Of a stretch of 64,000 nt of DNA, positions 17,776 through 27,287 are shown in pieces. Every line of letters starts with the position of its first letter. Positions within the stretch are counted from its first letter, which is position 1. Under the pieces are notes generated by a model. The model was not told the DNA's origin. It searched no databases and saw only the letters and a list, made by a program, of their open reading frames with translations. The stretch spans positions 640,001-704,000 of the forward strand of contig OZ245020.1 of assembly GCA_965223865.1 (NCBI GenBank), written 5' to 3'. The translations under genes were made by a program, and so were the position numbers. Origin of the DNA: Nitrosarchaeum sp. GTDB lineage: Archaea; Thermoproteota; Nitrososphaeria; Nitrososphaerales; Nitrosopumilaceae.

Positions 17776-19287
17776 TTAAAGAATCGATTTCTTCTTGATT
17801 CCTTTTGGAATAGATTTTACATGATAATTTAAGAAATTATCATTCTCATCGAAATAAACCTCTGAAAATTTGTTGTTTTCAAAAAACTTTTTCCATGTAA
17901 TCTCAAATTCTAGAAATTCTTTTGGATTAAAATCCAATCTCGTGGTTTCGTGATGAGCTGCCGGAAATACATCTGAAATCTCAAGAGGGATTAAACCCAG
18001 TTGTGGATTGTATAGACATATTTGAATTGAATCAATATCTGTGATTTTTTTTTTTAAGGACAAATACTGTTGAGACAAATATGCAGGTTTTGTGTTTGTT
18101 TCCTTTGTAAGTAATAGTCTATTCTTTTTTGTTCTGAAATTTCTAACCATTTTATGAAATGACTGTACTTCAGGACGGAATTGATCTTCTTTACCAAAAA
18201 GGAATATTGCTTTTTCCTTAAACTTTGGAGTGGAATTTCCAAGAAAATCAGCATTGCTGGTTAAAACTTCAATCATTTCAAATAATTTTGGATGTGCTCT
18301 TGCTTTTTTTAAGACATATTCCCATAATCTTCCATCATAAATGGCTTGCTTAACTTTGTCTACTTCTAACTTTATGGTATATAGATTATGTAATGCAATC
18401 TTGTTAGTTCTTTCACTGTTTTCTAATTGTCTTAATTCATCAGGAGTATACTTTGAACAAACTTCACAATTGCAAGGAAATACAACAATATCTTTTAGAT
18501 ATCTGGTACCATCTTCTGTAATGTATCTTCCCTGTTTTGCATATAACATGTATGATGCTGAATCAAAAGTATCACATCCAAGAGCCACGGCAAAAGGAAT
18601 TGTTAATGGATGACCGGCACCAAATAGATGCAATGGAATAGAGTGCGGCATGTGTTTTTTTGTAGCTACTATCATTTGTGCTAGTAATTTATATTCATAT
18701 GATTCCATAAACTCAACTGGACTGCCTAAAGCAAGCATCTTAAAACCAATTTTTACTAAACTTTTAGTAGACTTTGCAACCAGATCAAAATGCTCTCCTC
18801 CTTGAACCGGACCAATCCATATTTGTCCATTATCATCACTATTTTGTAACGTCTCTTTTGAAACTCGTAATGTGTGTTTAACATACAATTCAGCTTTTTT
18901 CCAAGGCAATCCATATCCAGTTGGTTTGTCAAGTGGAATTGCAAAATCTGTCATAATACCTTTCTCAAAATTTGCCATTTCATCTGGCAATACTTGAACA
19001 TCTCCATATTCTAGCACCTGATAGCCACCAGAGTCAGTCATTATGGCAGCATCAAAGTCTATTATTTTATGAATTCCTTTTTTTACAGCCTCATCTCCAT
19101 AATTGTTTCTTGTAATGTATGCATTAGTAATTACCAAATCAAAACCTATCTCTCTAATCTTCTTTGATTCAATTGTTTGTTTTACAGGATGAATAACTGG
19201 AACATATGCAGGCGTTTCAATTTTTCCATGATTGGTATAAAGAACTCCAATCCTTCCTGCCAAATCACTTTTTACAATTTCAAACAA
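17776..19287 (-). CDS. tgtA: Archaeosine tRNA-guanine(15) transglycosylase
   Basis: IETPAYVPV, MTDSGGYQ, HLFGAGHP, GCDTFDSASY and CNCEVC. Confidence 0.93.
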   Translation of the reverse strand: MFEIVKSDLAGRIGVLYTNHGKIETPAYVPVIHPVKQTIESKKIREIGFDLVITNAYITRNNYGDEAVKKGIHKIIDFDAAIMTDSGGYQVLEYGDVQVLPDEMANFEKGIMTDFAIPLDKPTGYGLPWKKAELYVKHTLRVSKETLQNSDDNGQIWIGPVQGGEHFDLVAKSTKSLVKIGFKMLALGSPVEFMESYEYKLLAQMIVATKKHMPHSIPLHLFGAGHPLTIPFAVALGCDTFDSASYMLYAKQGRYITEDGTRYLKDIVVFPCNCEVCSKYTPDELRQLENSERTNKIALHNLYTIKLEVDKVKQAIYDGRLWEYVLKKARAHPKLFEMIEVLTSNADFLGNSTPKFKEKAIFLFGKEDQFRPEVQSFHKMVRNFRTKKNRLLLTKETNTKPAYLSQQYLSLKKKITDIDSIQICLYNPQLGLIPLEISDVFPAAHHETTRLDFNPKEFLEFEITWKKFFENNKFSEVYFDENDNFLNYHVKSIPKGIKKKSIL

Positions 19288-19318
19288 TTTACTTTACGCT
19301 AATTGGAGCTTTATTTAA

Positions 19319-19867
19319 TCAATAAGTAAAAAACTTTTTCAAATCATCCTTTTCTGTTATCATGTCTAACCAATCTACTTCTTCTGAAGAGTAATTGTTT
19401 TCAAGTATGTTCAATATTAAATCTAAAATTTCTTTAACACTTTTTTTTGTAGTATTTAATTGAAAAACTTTTTCTCCAAATCTTGAAATTGAATCATGTG
19501 CAATAATTCCTAAGACTTCACTTCCTGCATTTTCTTTAGATTTTTTTTTGGAATAACCTCTTTTCTCATAAATTTCAAACAGATCATAAGGATTTTTTCG
19601 CAAAACAATTACTTTATCAATTTTTTCTGGAGATACTACATATGGAGCAAGATGACCTACAACTAAACTAGAATCTGAAATTTTTTGATCAATTATCTTT
19701 TCTAATTCTTTAACATCAACATCATTAGAATTTTCATTAAATTCAAACAATTCAGAATTTTTAGCTATTTTGTTGATGTTTAAAAATGATAATTTCAAGT
19801 GATTAACAATTTCTTTGGCAATTGTATGTTTTCCTACTCCTGGACTTCCTGTAATTATTATTCTCAC
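19319..19867 (-). CDS. Adenylate kinase, AK6/Fap7 type
   Basis: ITGSPGVGKHT P-loop, VVGH and KRGYS..K.KEN. Confidence 0.85.
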   Translation of the reverse strand: MRIIITGSPGVGKHTIAKEIVNHLKLSFLNINKIAKNSELFEFNENSNDVDVKELEKIIDQKISDSSLVVGHLAPYVVSPEKIDKVIVLRKNPYDLFEIYEKRGYSKKKSKENAGSEVLGIIAHDSISRFGEKVFQLNTTKKSVKEILDLILNILENNYSSEEVDWLDMITEKDDLKKFFTY

Positions 19868-19940
19868 AGTATAAAATTAAAATTAACTGAATTAAACAAT
19901 TTCTGCAATACTAATAAGTGCAAAAGGATTCTTGTGTGTA

Positions 19941-21128
19941 TTGCAAATAGGTTTACTTGGAAAGGCAAATGTGGGAAAATCAACTTTTTTCTCAGCTGCT
20001 ACGGAAACACCAGTTCCAACTGGAAATTTTCCTTTTACAACAATTGAGCCTAATGTAGGAGTCGCTTATGTCAAGTCCGAATGTGCATGCATACATTTCG
20101 GAATTGATCATAAAAATGATCTTTGTTCGAAGGGCACTCGATTCATACCTGTAAAGTTAATTGATGTTGCAGGTTTAGTCCCTGGAGCTCATGAAGGAAA
20201 AGGATTAGGAAATCAGTTTCTCGATGATGCAAGACAAGCTGAAGTTTTGATTCATGTAGTAGATATTGCAGGAACTACTGACATTCAAGGACAACCTGTT
20301 CCTATTGGCTCACATGATCCTCTTGAAGACATTGAATTTGTCCAAGAAGAATTTGTTCAATGGTTTGTTGACATTCTAAAAAGAGAGTGGGATAAACTAA
20401 CAAGAGAAATCGATCAAAAAAGAGCAAAGCTAACTGACGCAATAACAAAAAGATTTACTGGTTTAGGAATAAAAGACTATCAAGTTCAAGACGTTCTACA
20501 AAAATTGGGATTAATATCAAAAAATCCAAAAGAATGGGCTGATTCTGATCTTCTAACTTTTGTTAAGGAATTGAGGGCAACCACAAAACCGATTATTATT
20601 GCTGCAAACAAGGCTGATCTTTGTAAGGATTTAGATATTTTAAAAAAAATATCTGAACCTGTTATACCTTGCAGTGCTGAAACTGAATTATTACTACGAA
20701 AAGCATCAAAAGCTGGTATTGTTAACTATGAACCAGGTGATGATAATTTTTCTATTATTGAGAAAAAAAAAATTCTACCAACTCAACAAAAAGCATTAGA
20801 TGTTGTTAAAACAGTTTTCTCAAAAATTCACTCAACAGGTGTTCAAAAAATTTTGAATACTGCCGTCTTTGATTCGTTAAACTTTATTGTAGTTTATCCT
20901 GTTGAAGATGAATCTAAATTAACAAATAAAGATGGCGAAATTTTACCTGATGCCAAATTATTGCCAGAAGGATCAAATGCTAAAGATTTAGCAGGTTTGA
21001 TTCATGCAGATATTGCCAAGGGATTTTTACATGCAATAGATTGTAAAACAAAACAGAGAATTGGCGGTAACCATAATCTAAAAAATGGCGATGTGATCAA
21101 AATAGTTTCAACACTAAGCCGAGGATAA
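19941..21128 (+). CDS. ychF: YchF/Obg-family GTPase/ATPase with TGS domain
   Basis: GKANVGKST, FPFTTIEPN, DVAGLVPGAHEGKGLGNQFL and NKAD. Start TTG 19941 or upstream GTG. Confidence 0.9.
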   Translation: MQIGLLGKANVGKSTFFSAATETPVPTGNFPFTTIEPNVGVAYVKSECACIHFGIDHKNDLCSKGTRFIPVKLIDVAGLVPGAHEGKGLGNQFLDDARQAEVLIHVVDIAGTTDIQGQPVPIGSHDPLEDIEFVQEEFVQWFVDILKREWDKLTREIDQKRAKLTDAITKRFTGLGIKDYQVQDVLQKLGLISKNPKEWADSDLLTFVKELRATTKPIIIAANKADLCKDLDILKKISEPVIPCSAETELLLRKASKAGIVNYEPGDDNFSIIEKKKILPTQQKALDVVKTVFSKIHSTGVQKILNTAVFDSLNFIVVYPVEDESKLTNKDGEILPDAKLLPEGSNAKDLAGLIHADIAKGFLHAIDCKTKQRIGGNHNLKNGDVIKIVSTLSRG

Positions 21129-21129
21129 A

Positions 21130-22113
21130 ATGTTAGGATTAGGAATTGAGAGCACTGCTCATACTTTTTCTTGTGCAATCTTGGAGAAAAAAGGTAAACA
21201 CGGAAAAATTTTATCTGATATAAGAAAAATTTACCGTCCTCCTGAAGGAGAAGGAATTCATCCTAGAGAAGCATCTCGTCATCATATTGAAAATAGTTCA
21301 ATAGTACTTTCTGAATGTCTTAGTGAAGCAGGCATTACAATAAAAGATCTTGATATTGTATCTTATGCAGCAGGACCTGGTTTAGGTCCGTGTCTAAGAG
21401 TTGGCGCAGTAGTTGCACGCTCTCTGGCCTCTTTTTACAAAATCCCAATTTATCCTGTTAATCATGCTATAGGACATATTGAATTAGGAAAGCTACTCAC
21501 TGGAGCTAAAAACCCCCTTGTCCTTTTAGTATCTGGTGGTCATACTATGCTTCTTGCATTTCTAAACAAACAATGGAGGGTATTTGGCGAAACTTTGGAT
21601 ATTACACTTGGACAGCTTTTAGACCAGTTTGGACGTTCAATAGGATTTGCATCGCCATGTGGAAAAAATATAGAAGAACTAGCAAACACTACCAAAAATT
21701 ATGTATCTCTACCTTATTCTGTGAAGGGAAATGACGTGTCTTTCTCTGGTTTATTATCAGCTACAAAATTAATTTCATCTAAAAGTAAATCTGATGTTTG
21801 TTTTTCACTACAAGAAACAGCTTTTGCAATGGTTGCTGAAACGGTAGAACGAGCTTTATCCTTTACAAGAAAAAAAGAATTAATGATCGTTGGGGGAGTT
21901 GCAGCAAACAAAAGATTATCTCAAATGTTACAAGAGGTGTGTAAAAGACATAACGCAAAATTTTTTGTTGTACCCTTAAGATATGCAGGAGATTGTGGAA
22001 GTCAAATTTGTTGGACTGGACTTTTAGAATCCCAGGTAAAAAAAGGTGCTTTGTTAGAAAATACTTTTGTTACACAATCATGGAGATTAGATTCCGTTAA
22101 AGTAGATTATTGA
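21130..22113 (+). CDS. kae1: KEOPS t6A synthase Kae1
   Basis: LGIESTAHT, GPGLGPCL, VNHAIGHIE and VSGGHT. Confidence 0.95.
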   Translation: MLGLGIESTAHTFSCAILEKKGKHGKILSDIRKIYRPPEGEGIHPREASRHHIENSSIVLSECLSEAGITIKDLDIVSYAAGPGLGPCLRVGAVVARSLASFYKIPIYPVNHAIGHIELGKLLTGAKNPLVLLVSGGHTMLLAFLNKQWRVFGETLDITLGQLLDQFGRSIGFASPCGKNIEELANTTKNYVSLPYSVKGNDVSFSGLLSATKLISSKSKSDVCFSLQETAFAMVAETVERALSFTRKKELMIVGGVAANKRLSQMLQEVCKRHNAKFFVVPLRYAGDCGSQICWTGLLESQVKKGALLENTFVTQSWRLDSVKVDY

Positions 22114-22433
22114 TTTTTGAAATCTTCTATTGCTGCTTCTATATTTTTAAGCCAATCTTTGGTATTAAAAACACCAAATTTGTAGGTTTTTTCTTCTTCT
22201 TTTATTTTTACAGTAAAACAAACTTTTTTCATCAATCTTCCTTCCTTCCATACCTCTGTTACTTCATCTAATGTTACATCAACAAGCGTATCTCCAAAAT
22301 GTTTTGAAAAATCCATCATTCTTGCTCTAGTTTTATCAAATGCTAGTCTCCTAGAAGTAAGAGTTAGAATACCTGAACCTAGGTTATCTTCATTGCAATC
22401 TTCTTGTTTTAGTCGTTTTTCTCCTTCTTCCAT
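22107..22433 (-). CDS. Hypothetical protein, PH/GRAM-like fold
   Basis: GILTLTSRRLAF motif and a C-terminal W-containing helix. Confidence 0.65.
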   Translation of the reverse strand: MEEGEKRLKQEDCNEDNLGSGILTLTSRRLAFDKTRARMMDFSKHFGDTLVDVTLDEVTEVWKEGRLMKKVCFTVKIKEEEKTYKFGVFNTKDWLKNIEAAIEDFKNQ

Positions 22434-22543
22434 AATCTAGTTCTTATCTGATTTATTAGGTTATAATTTTAATGAATTTTAAACATCACCTAATTTGATT
22501 TAATTAATAAACTTGAAAATAATAAAAAGAAAATGAGGCTTAA

Positions 22544-23164
22544 TTGAAATTATTAAAAAAAGGTGCAGAAGCTGATATCTACCTTACCAAATGGAATAAA
22601 TCAAATGCCATCCTTAAAATAAGAAAATCAAAGAATTATCGAAATCCGACACTCGACTCTAAAATTCGGAAACAACGAACAATAAAAGAATCTCAAATAA
22701 TTTCTGAAGTAAAATCATTTGGAATTCCTTCTCCTCTTATTTATTTTGTAAATCTATATAAATCAGAAATCATAATGCAAGAAATACCAGGTATTCCCAT
22801 TCATGATTTACCTGAATCTAAAATAGTTAATTTATCATCAGAGATTGGAAAACTAGTTGGAACCATGCATAAAAATGGCATAATGCATGGAGATCTTACG
22901 ACCTCAAATTTCATATTATTCAAAAATAAGGTTTATGTTATTGATTTTGGTTTATCACAAAAAACCGTCAAACCAGAAGATCATGCAGTAGATTTGAGGT
23001 TAATAAAGGAGATTCTAAATAGTGCTCATGCCAAAATCATGGAATCCTCTTGGAAGAATTTTCTATTGGGTTACAAATCAATAGTTGGTCCTTCGCAATT
23101 TACTAAAATTACAAATTTGGTATCAGTAATTGAAAGCCGTGGAAGATATGCAACAGTCGTTTAA
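22544..23164 (+). CDS. bud32: KEOPS kinase Bud32
   Basis: KGAEA, HGDLTTSN, IDFGL and RGRY. Confidence 0.95.
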   Translation: MKLLKKGAEADIYLTKWNKSNAILKIRKSKNYRNPTLDSKIRKQRTIKESQIISEVKSFGIPSPLIYFVNLYKSEIIMQEIPGIPIHDLPESKIVNLSSEIGKLVGTMHKNGIMHGDLTTSNFILFKNKVYVIDFGLSQKTVKPEDHAVDLRLIKEILNSAHAKIMESSWKNFLLGYKSIVGPSQFTKITNLVSVIESRGRYATVV

Positions 23165-23702
23165 TCTTTATTTTGTTTCTTCAAATAAACACAAATACCA
23201 AGAAGCAAAAAAAATCTTGAAATCATATGGAATCAATCTTAGATTTTATAAATCTAAACTTGAAGAAATACAATCAGATTCTCTAAAAGAAATAGCATCA
23301 AAAAAAGCCATTCATGCCTTTGAGAAATTAACAAAACCTGTAATTGTAGAAGATGATGGACTCTATGTTGATGTACTTGATGGTTTTCCTGGTCCTTATT
23401 CGTCATATGTTTTTAAAACGATAGGTAACAAAGGAATCCTTAATCTTCTAGGAAAAAATAGAAATGCAAAATTTATTTCTATTATTTCATTTTTTGACAA
23501 AAATAATTCAAAATCTTTTCTGGGGGAAATTGATGGGACGATATCAAAAAAACAAAAAGGAATAGGATGGGGTTACGATCCTATATTTATTCCAAAAAAT
23601 TCAAAAAAAACATTTGCTGAATTAACTAACAAAAATGAATTATCTCATAGGTACCAAGCATTAAAAAAATTTGCTAATTGGTATCTATGTAAGCAGAAAT
23701 AA
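23148..23702 (+). CDS. rdgB: Non-canonical purine NTP pyrophosphatase (RdgB/HAM1)
   Basis: SSNKHKY, VEDDGL, GFPGPYS, GWGYDPIF and SHR. Confidence 0.93.
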   Translation: MQQSFNLYFVSSNKHKYQEAKKILKSYGINLRFYKSKLEEIQSDSLKEIASKKAIHAFEKLTKPVIVEDDGLYVDVLDGFPGPYSSYVFKTIGNKGILNLLGKNRNAKFISIISFFDKNNSKSFLGEIDGTISKKQKGIGWGYDPIFIPKNSKKTFAELTNKNELSHRYQALKKFANWYLCKQK

Positions 23703-24702
23703 AGCGATCAATGAATCTTTGTTTGTTTTGTAAAATTACAATTCTTGATACAAAACTTTCATCCATAACTGAAAATATTTTACTTCTTTCTACTATTTTC
23801 TGACCGAATTTCCTTACTTCATCCATCTCTAACATATTTGAATATTCTAATCTGTTAGTAGAACGTCCAATATGCATATATGATTTTATTTCTATAAAAT
23901 GAGGATTTGCTTTTTCAAACATTGATATAAAAGAAGGAATCATTTCTTTTTGATCATTATAATCTCTAATCAAGGTAATCCTAAGTACCGTTCTAGTATC
24001 CAAATCTTTTAGCATCTCAAGTGTTGTATTCCATCTTTCCCATGAATCATCATATTTTGGTTTGTTAATTCTCAAAAATGATTCATAATCTGCAGCATTT
24101 GTTGAAAGATAAAGTTGAGTTGGTAAGGCATCTTCATCTTGTAATTTCTGAATCATATCAGGTTCCTGTCCATTAGTGACAAGAAAAATTGATTTTGTTG
24201 CTTCAAGGGACTTTAGATATTTTATCAATTCAGGAAGTTTAGGGTACATTGTTGGTTCTCCTGAAAGTGAAATTGCATAATGACTTGGCAGTAATGATTC
24301 ATCTAGTCTTTGTTTGTCGTTTCTAGAATCTCCATAATATCCCATGATTAACTTTTTTCTCTCTTCCATCAGTTTTCTCAAAATTTCTTCTGGTTCTGAA
24401 ACATATTTGGGTTCCATTTTTAATGAATCATAAAATTCCATTGGTCTCCAACAGTATACACAACGATTCTCACAATGCATTCCTGCAGGAGAAAACTCCA
24501 TACATCTATGAGTAGAAATCCCATAAAACTTGTGTTTATAGCAACTACCTTCATGTTTGAATGATTTTTTTGTCCAATGGCAGAGTTCAACAGTAGAGTG
24601 ATCTGCTATACCATACTTTGCTTTTTTTAATTGATCCGAAATTGCGGGTTTGATCTGGATCAACTTATCATCACTTTCAATTATTTCTCCAGAACAGCTC
24701 AT
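23674..24702 (-). CDS. taw1: 4-demethylwyosine synthase (radical SAM)
   Basis: CHWTKK, CYKHKFYGISTHRC, CENRCVYCWR and SLSGEPT. Confidence 0.93.
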   Translation of the reverse strand: MSCSGEIIESDDKLIQIKPAISDQLKKAKYGIADHSTVELCHWTKKSFKHEGSCYKHKFYGISTHRCMEFSPAGMHCENRCVYCWRPMEFYDSLKMEPKYVSEPEEILRKLMEERKKLIMGYYGDSRNDKQRLDESLLPSHYAISLSGEPTMYPKLPELIKYLKSLEATKSIFLVTNGQEPDMIQKLQDEDALPTQLYLSTNAADYESFLRINKPKYDDSWERWNTTLEMLKDLDTRTVLRITLIRDYNDQKEMIPSFISMFEKANPHFIEIKSYMHIGRSTNRLEYSNMLEMDEVRKFGQKIVERSKIFSVMDESFVSRIVILQNKQRFIDRFISAYIDTN

Positions 24703-24839
24703 ATGATAAAATCATGTTCTGGTTTACTTAAATTGATCGAGATTTTTGTCTGACATAGAACTTTTTCTCAAATCTTTTGCCAACTTTACATGATTTTAGA
24801 GTGAGGTTTAATTACTGGATCCTCAAGGAAAAATTAGTA

Positions 24840-27275
24840 TTGAACCCAAAATACCTTGTCGGCTTTCTATTTCTACTTGTATCTGTATTAACTAGTATTC
24901 CTCTTAATCCTGCATTTGCAGAGCAGGACTTAGACAAAGATGGAATTACAGATACAATTGATCGTTGTCCAAATCTTCAAGAAGACTATGAGAGCACATT
25001 AGATGGCTGTCCCTCCAACTTTGTTCCATGGTATGATGAGGATTATGATGGAGTCGAGGATCATATTGATTTATGCCCAGATTTGAGAGAAAAATATAAC
25101 AGATATCAAGACTTGGATGGTTGTCCTGATATATCTCCTGGAACAGGTTCGACTGGATTACCCGACTCTGATGGAGATGGTTTTGCTGACTTGTTAGATT
25201 TATGCCCTAATCAAGCTGAGACTTTTAATGGTATTCAAGATACTGATGGTTGTCCTGACACTCTTGGTTCTGCAGATAGAGACAGAGATGGAATTCCAGA
25301 TGCAATTGATGCATGTCCATTAAGTGCTGAGACTTACAACAGACACCAAGATGATGACGGCTGTCCCGATTCTGTAACTGATTCTGATTTTATGGATACC
25401 GATAATGATGGTATCCCTGATAAAATTGATATTTGTCCTGAAGAACCTGAAGTTTACAACGAATATTTAGATACTGACGGCTGCCCTGATGCTGCTTTAG
25501 ATTCGACATTTAGTGATAAAGATGGTGATGGAATTGCAGATAGATTTGATATTTGTCCAAACGAACCAGAGACCTTCAACCGATTTGCTGATTATGACGG
25601 CTGCCCTGATGCTGCACCTTCTTTTTCTGGAGTATTAAATGATGCAGACCAAGATAGAATAATGGATACAAATGATGCATGTCCATTAGAACCAGAACGA
25701 TACAATCAATTCCAAGATGATGACGGCTGCCCTGATATTCCTCCATATTCAAGTGATAAAGATTCTGATAGAGATGGAATTCCTGATTCTATTGATCAAT
25801 GTCCTGTTGTAAAAGAAACTTACAATCAGTTTAAAGATGATGACGGCTGCCCAGACTTTGTTAATGGTTATAATGAAATTCCAGATACTGATTCAGATGG
25901 AATAAGTGACTATTCAGACTTGTGTCCAAATCAACCTGAAACATTTAACGGATTATTTGACAGAGACGGCTGCCCTGATAGTGACACTACAACAGATAGA
26001 GACAGAGACGGTATTCCAGATATGAATGATGCATGTCCTCTAGTTAAAGAAACTTACAATCAATACCAAGACTTGGATGGTTGTCCTGATAATGTTTCAG
26101 GCTTGAATGTTTTAGATTATGATGGTGACGGAATTTTTGATTTACAAGATAAATGTCCATTACAACCAGAAGTTATCAACGGATACCTGGATGATGACGG
26201 TTGTCCTGATGTTGCTGTAATGGATTCAGATGGTGATGGAATTAGAGATTCATTAGACCAATGTCCAACAACTGCAGAAACTTGGAATAGATATCTAGAC
26301 CAAGACGGCTGCCCAGATACTTCTACAGAATCAGATACTGACATGGATGGAATTCCTGATTCTATTGATCAGTGTCCAATTGACAGAGAAAGATACAATG
26401 GATTTGAAGACCAAGACGGCTGCCCAGACTTTCCACCTTACTTGACTGACATTGATTCAGACTTTGATGGAATTGTAAATAGCCTAGATTCATGTCCGCA
26501 AGTTCCTGAAACTTATAATATGTTTGAAGACCAAGACGGCTGCCCAGACTTTGTATCTGATGACAAAGGAGCACCAGATTCTGATAATGATGGAATTAAT
26601 GACTTCGTTGATCATTGCCCAACAAGAGCAGAGACCTATAACGGTATTTTAGATTATGACGGCTGCCCTGACGATTACATTCCAAGAGCAGATAGAGACA
26701 GAGATGGTATTCCTGATTTAATTGATGCATGTCCAACGTCTCCTGAGACTTACAATAAATTTCAGGATGATGACGGCTGCCCAGATTCTATTACAGAATC
26801 TTTTATTGTAGATTCTGATAATGACGGAATTGAAGATATGACTGATAACTGTCCATTAGTTGCTGAAACGTATAATGGATTTGAAGACCAAGACGGCTGC
26901 CCTGATAGTGACATAACCCAGCCAGACTCTGACGGTGACGGCGTTCCTGATGCAATGGATATATGTCCTGATCAAATGGAAGTTTGGAATAGATATGTTG
27001 ATCATGACGGCTGCCCTGACACTGTTCCAACTGGTAAAATGATAGTTGATACTGATGGTGATAACATTACTGATGACATTGATTCATGTCCAAATGAAAA
27101 AGAATCTTGGAATAAATATCAAGACCATGACGGCTGCCCTGACATTGTTCCAGAACAATCAAGATACAAGCATGATGCAGACCTCGATGACATCATCAAT
27201 GATGAAGACATGTGTCCGCTAGATCCTGAAGATTACGACGGAGACAGAGATACTGATGGTTGTCCTGATCAATAG
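24840..27275 (+). CDS. Secreted thrombospondin type-3-like repeat protein A (20 repeats)
   Basis: Signal peptide (TTG 24840 preferred over 24777); DxDxDGIxDxxDxCP...N...DxDGCPD repeats. Confidence 0.9.
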   Translation: MNPKYLVGFLFLLVSVLTSIPLNPAFAEQDLDKDGITDTIDRCPNLQEDYESTLDGCPSNFVPWYDEDYDGVEDHIDLCPDLREKYNRYQDLDGCPDISPGTGSTGLPDSDGDGFADLLDLCPNQAETFNGIQDTDGCPDTLGSADRDRDGIPDAIDACPLSAETYNRHQDDDGCPDSVTDSDFMDTDNDGIPDKIDICPEEPEVYNEYLDTDGCPDAALDSTFSDKDGDGIADRFDICPNEPETFNRFADYDGCPDAAPSFSGVLNDADQDRIMDTNDACPLEPERYNQFQDDDGCPDIPPYSSDKDSDRDGIPDSIDQCPVVKETYNQFKDDDGCPDFVNGYNEIPDTDSDGISDYSDLCPNQPETFNGLFDRDGCPDSDTTTDRDRDGIPDMNDACPLVKETYNQYQDLDGCPDNVSGLNVLDYDGDGIFDLQDKCPLQPEVINGYLDDDGCPDVAVMDSDGDGIRDSLDQCPTTAETWNRYLDQDGCPDTSTESDTDMDGIPDSIDQCPIDRERYNGFEDQDGCPDFPPYLTDIDSDFDGIVNSLDSCPQVPETYNMFEDQDGCPDFVSDDKGAPDSDNDGINDFVDHCPTRAETYNGILDYDGCPDDYIPRADRDRDGIPDLIDACPTSPETYNKFQDDDGCPDSITESFIVDSDNDGIEDMTDNCPLVAETYNGFEDQDGCPDSDITQPDSDGDGVPDAMDICPDQMEVWNRYVDHDGCPDTVPTGKMIVDTDGDNITDDIDSCPNEKESWNKYQDHDGCPDIVPEQSRYKHDADLDDIINDEDMCPLDPEDYDGDRDTDGCPDQ

Positions 27276-27287
27276 GAGTAAAGTAAA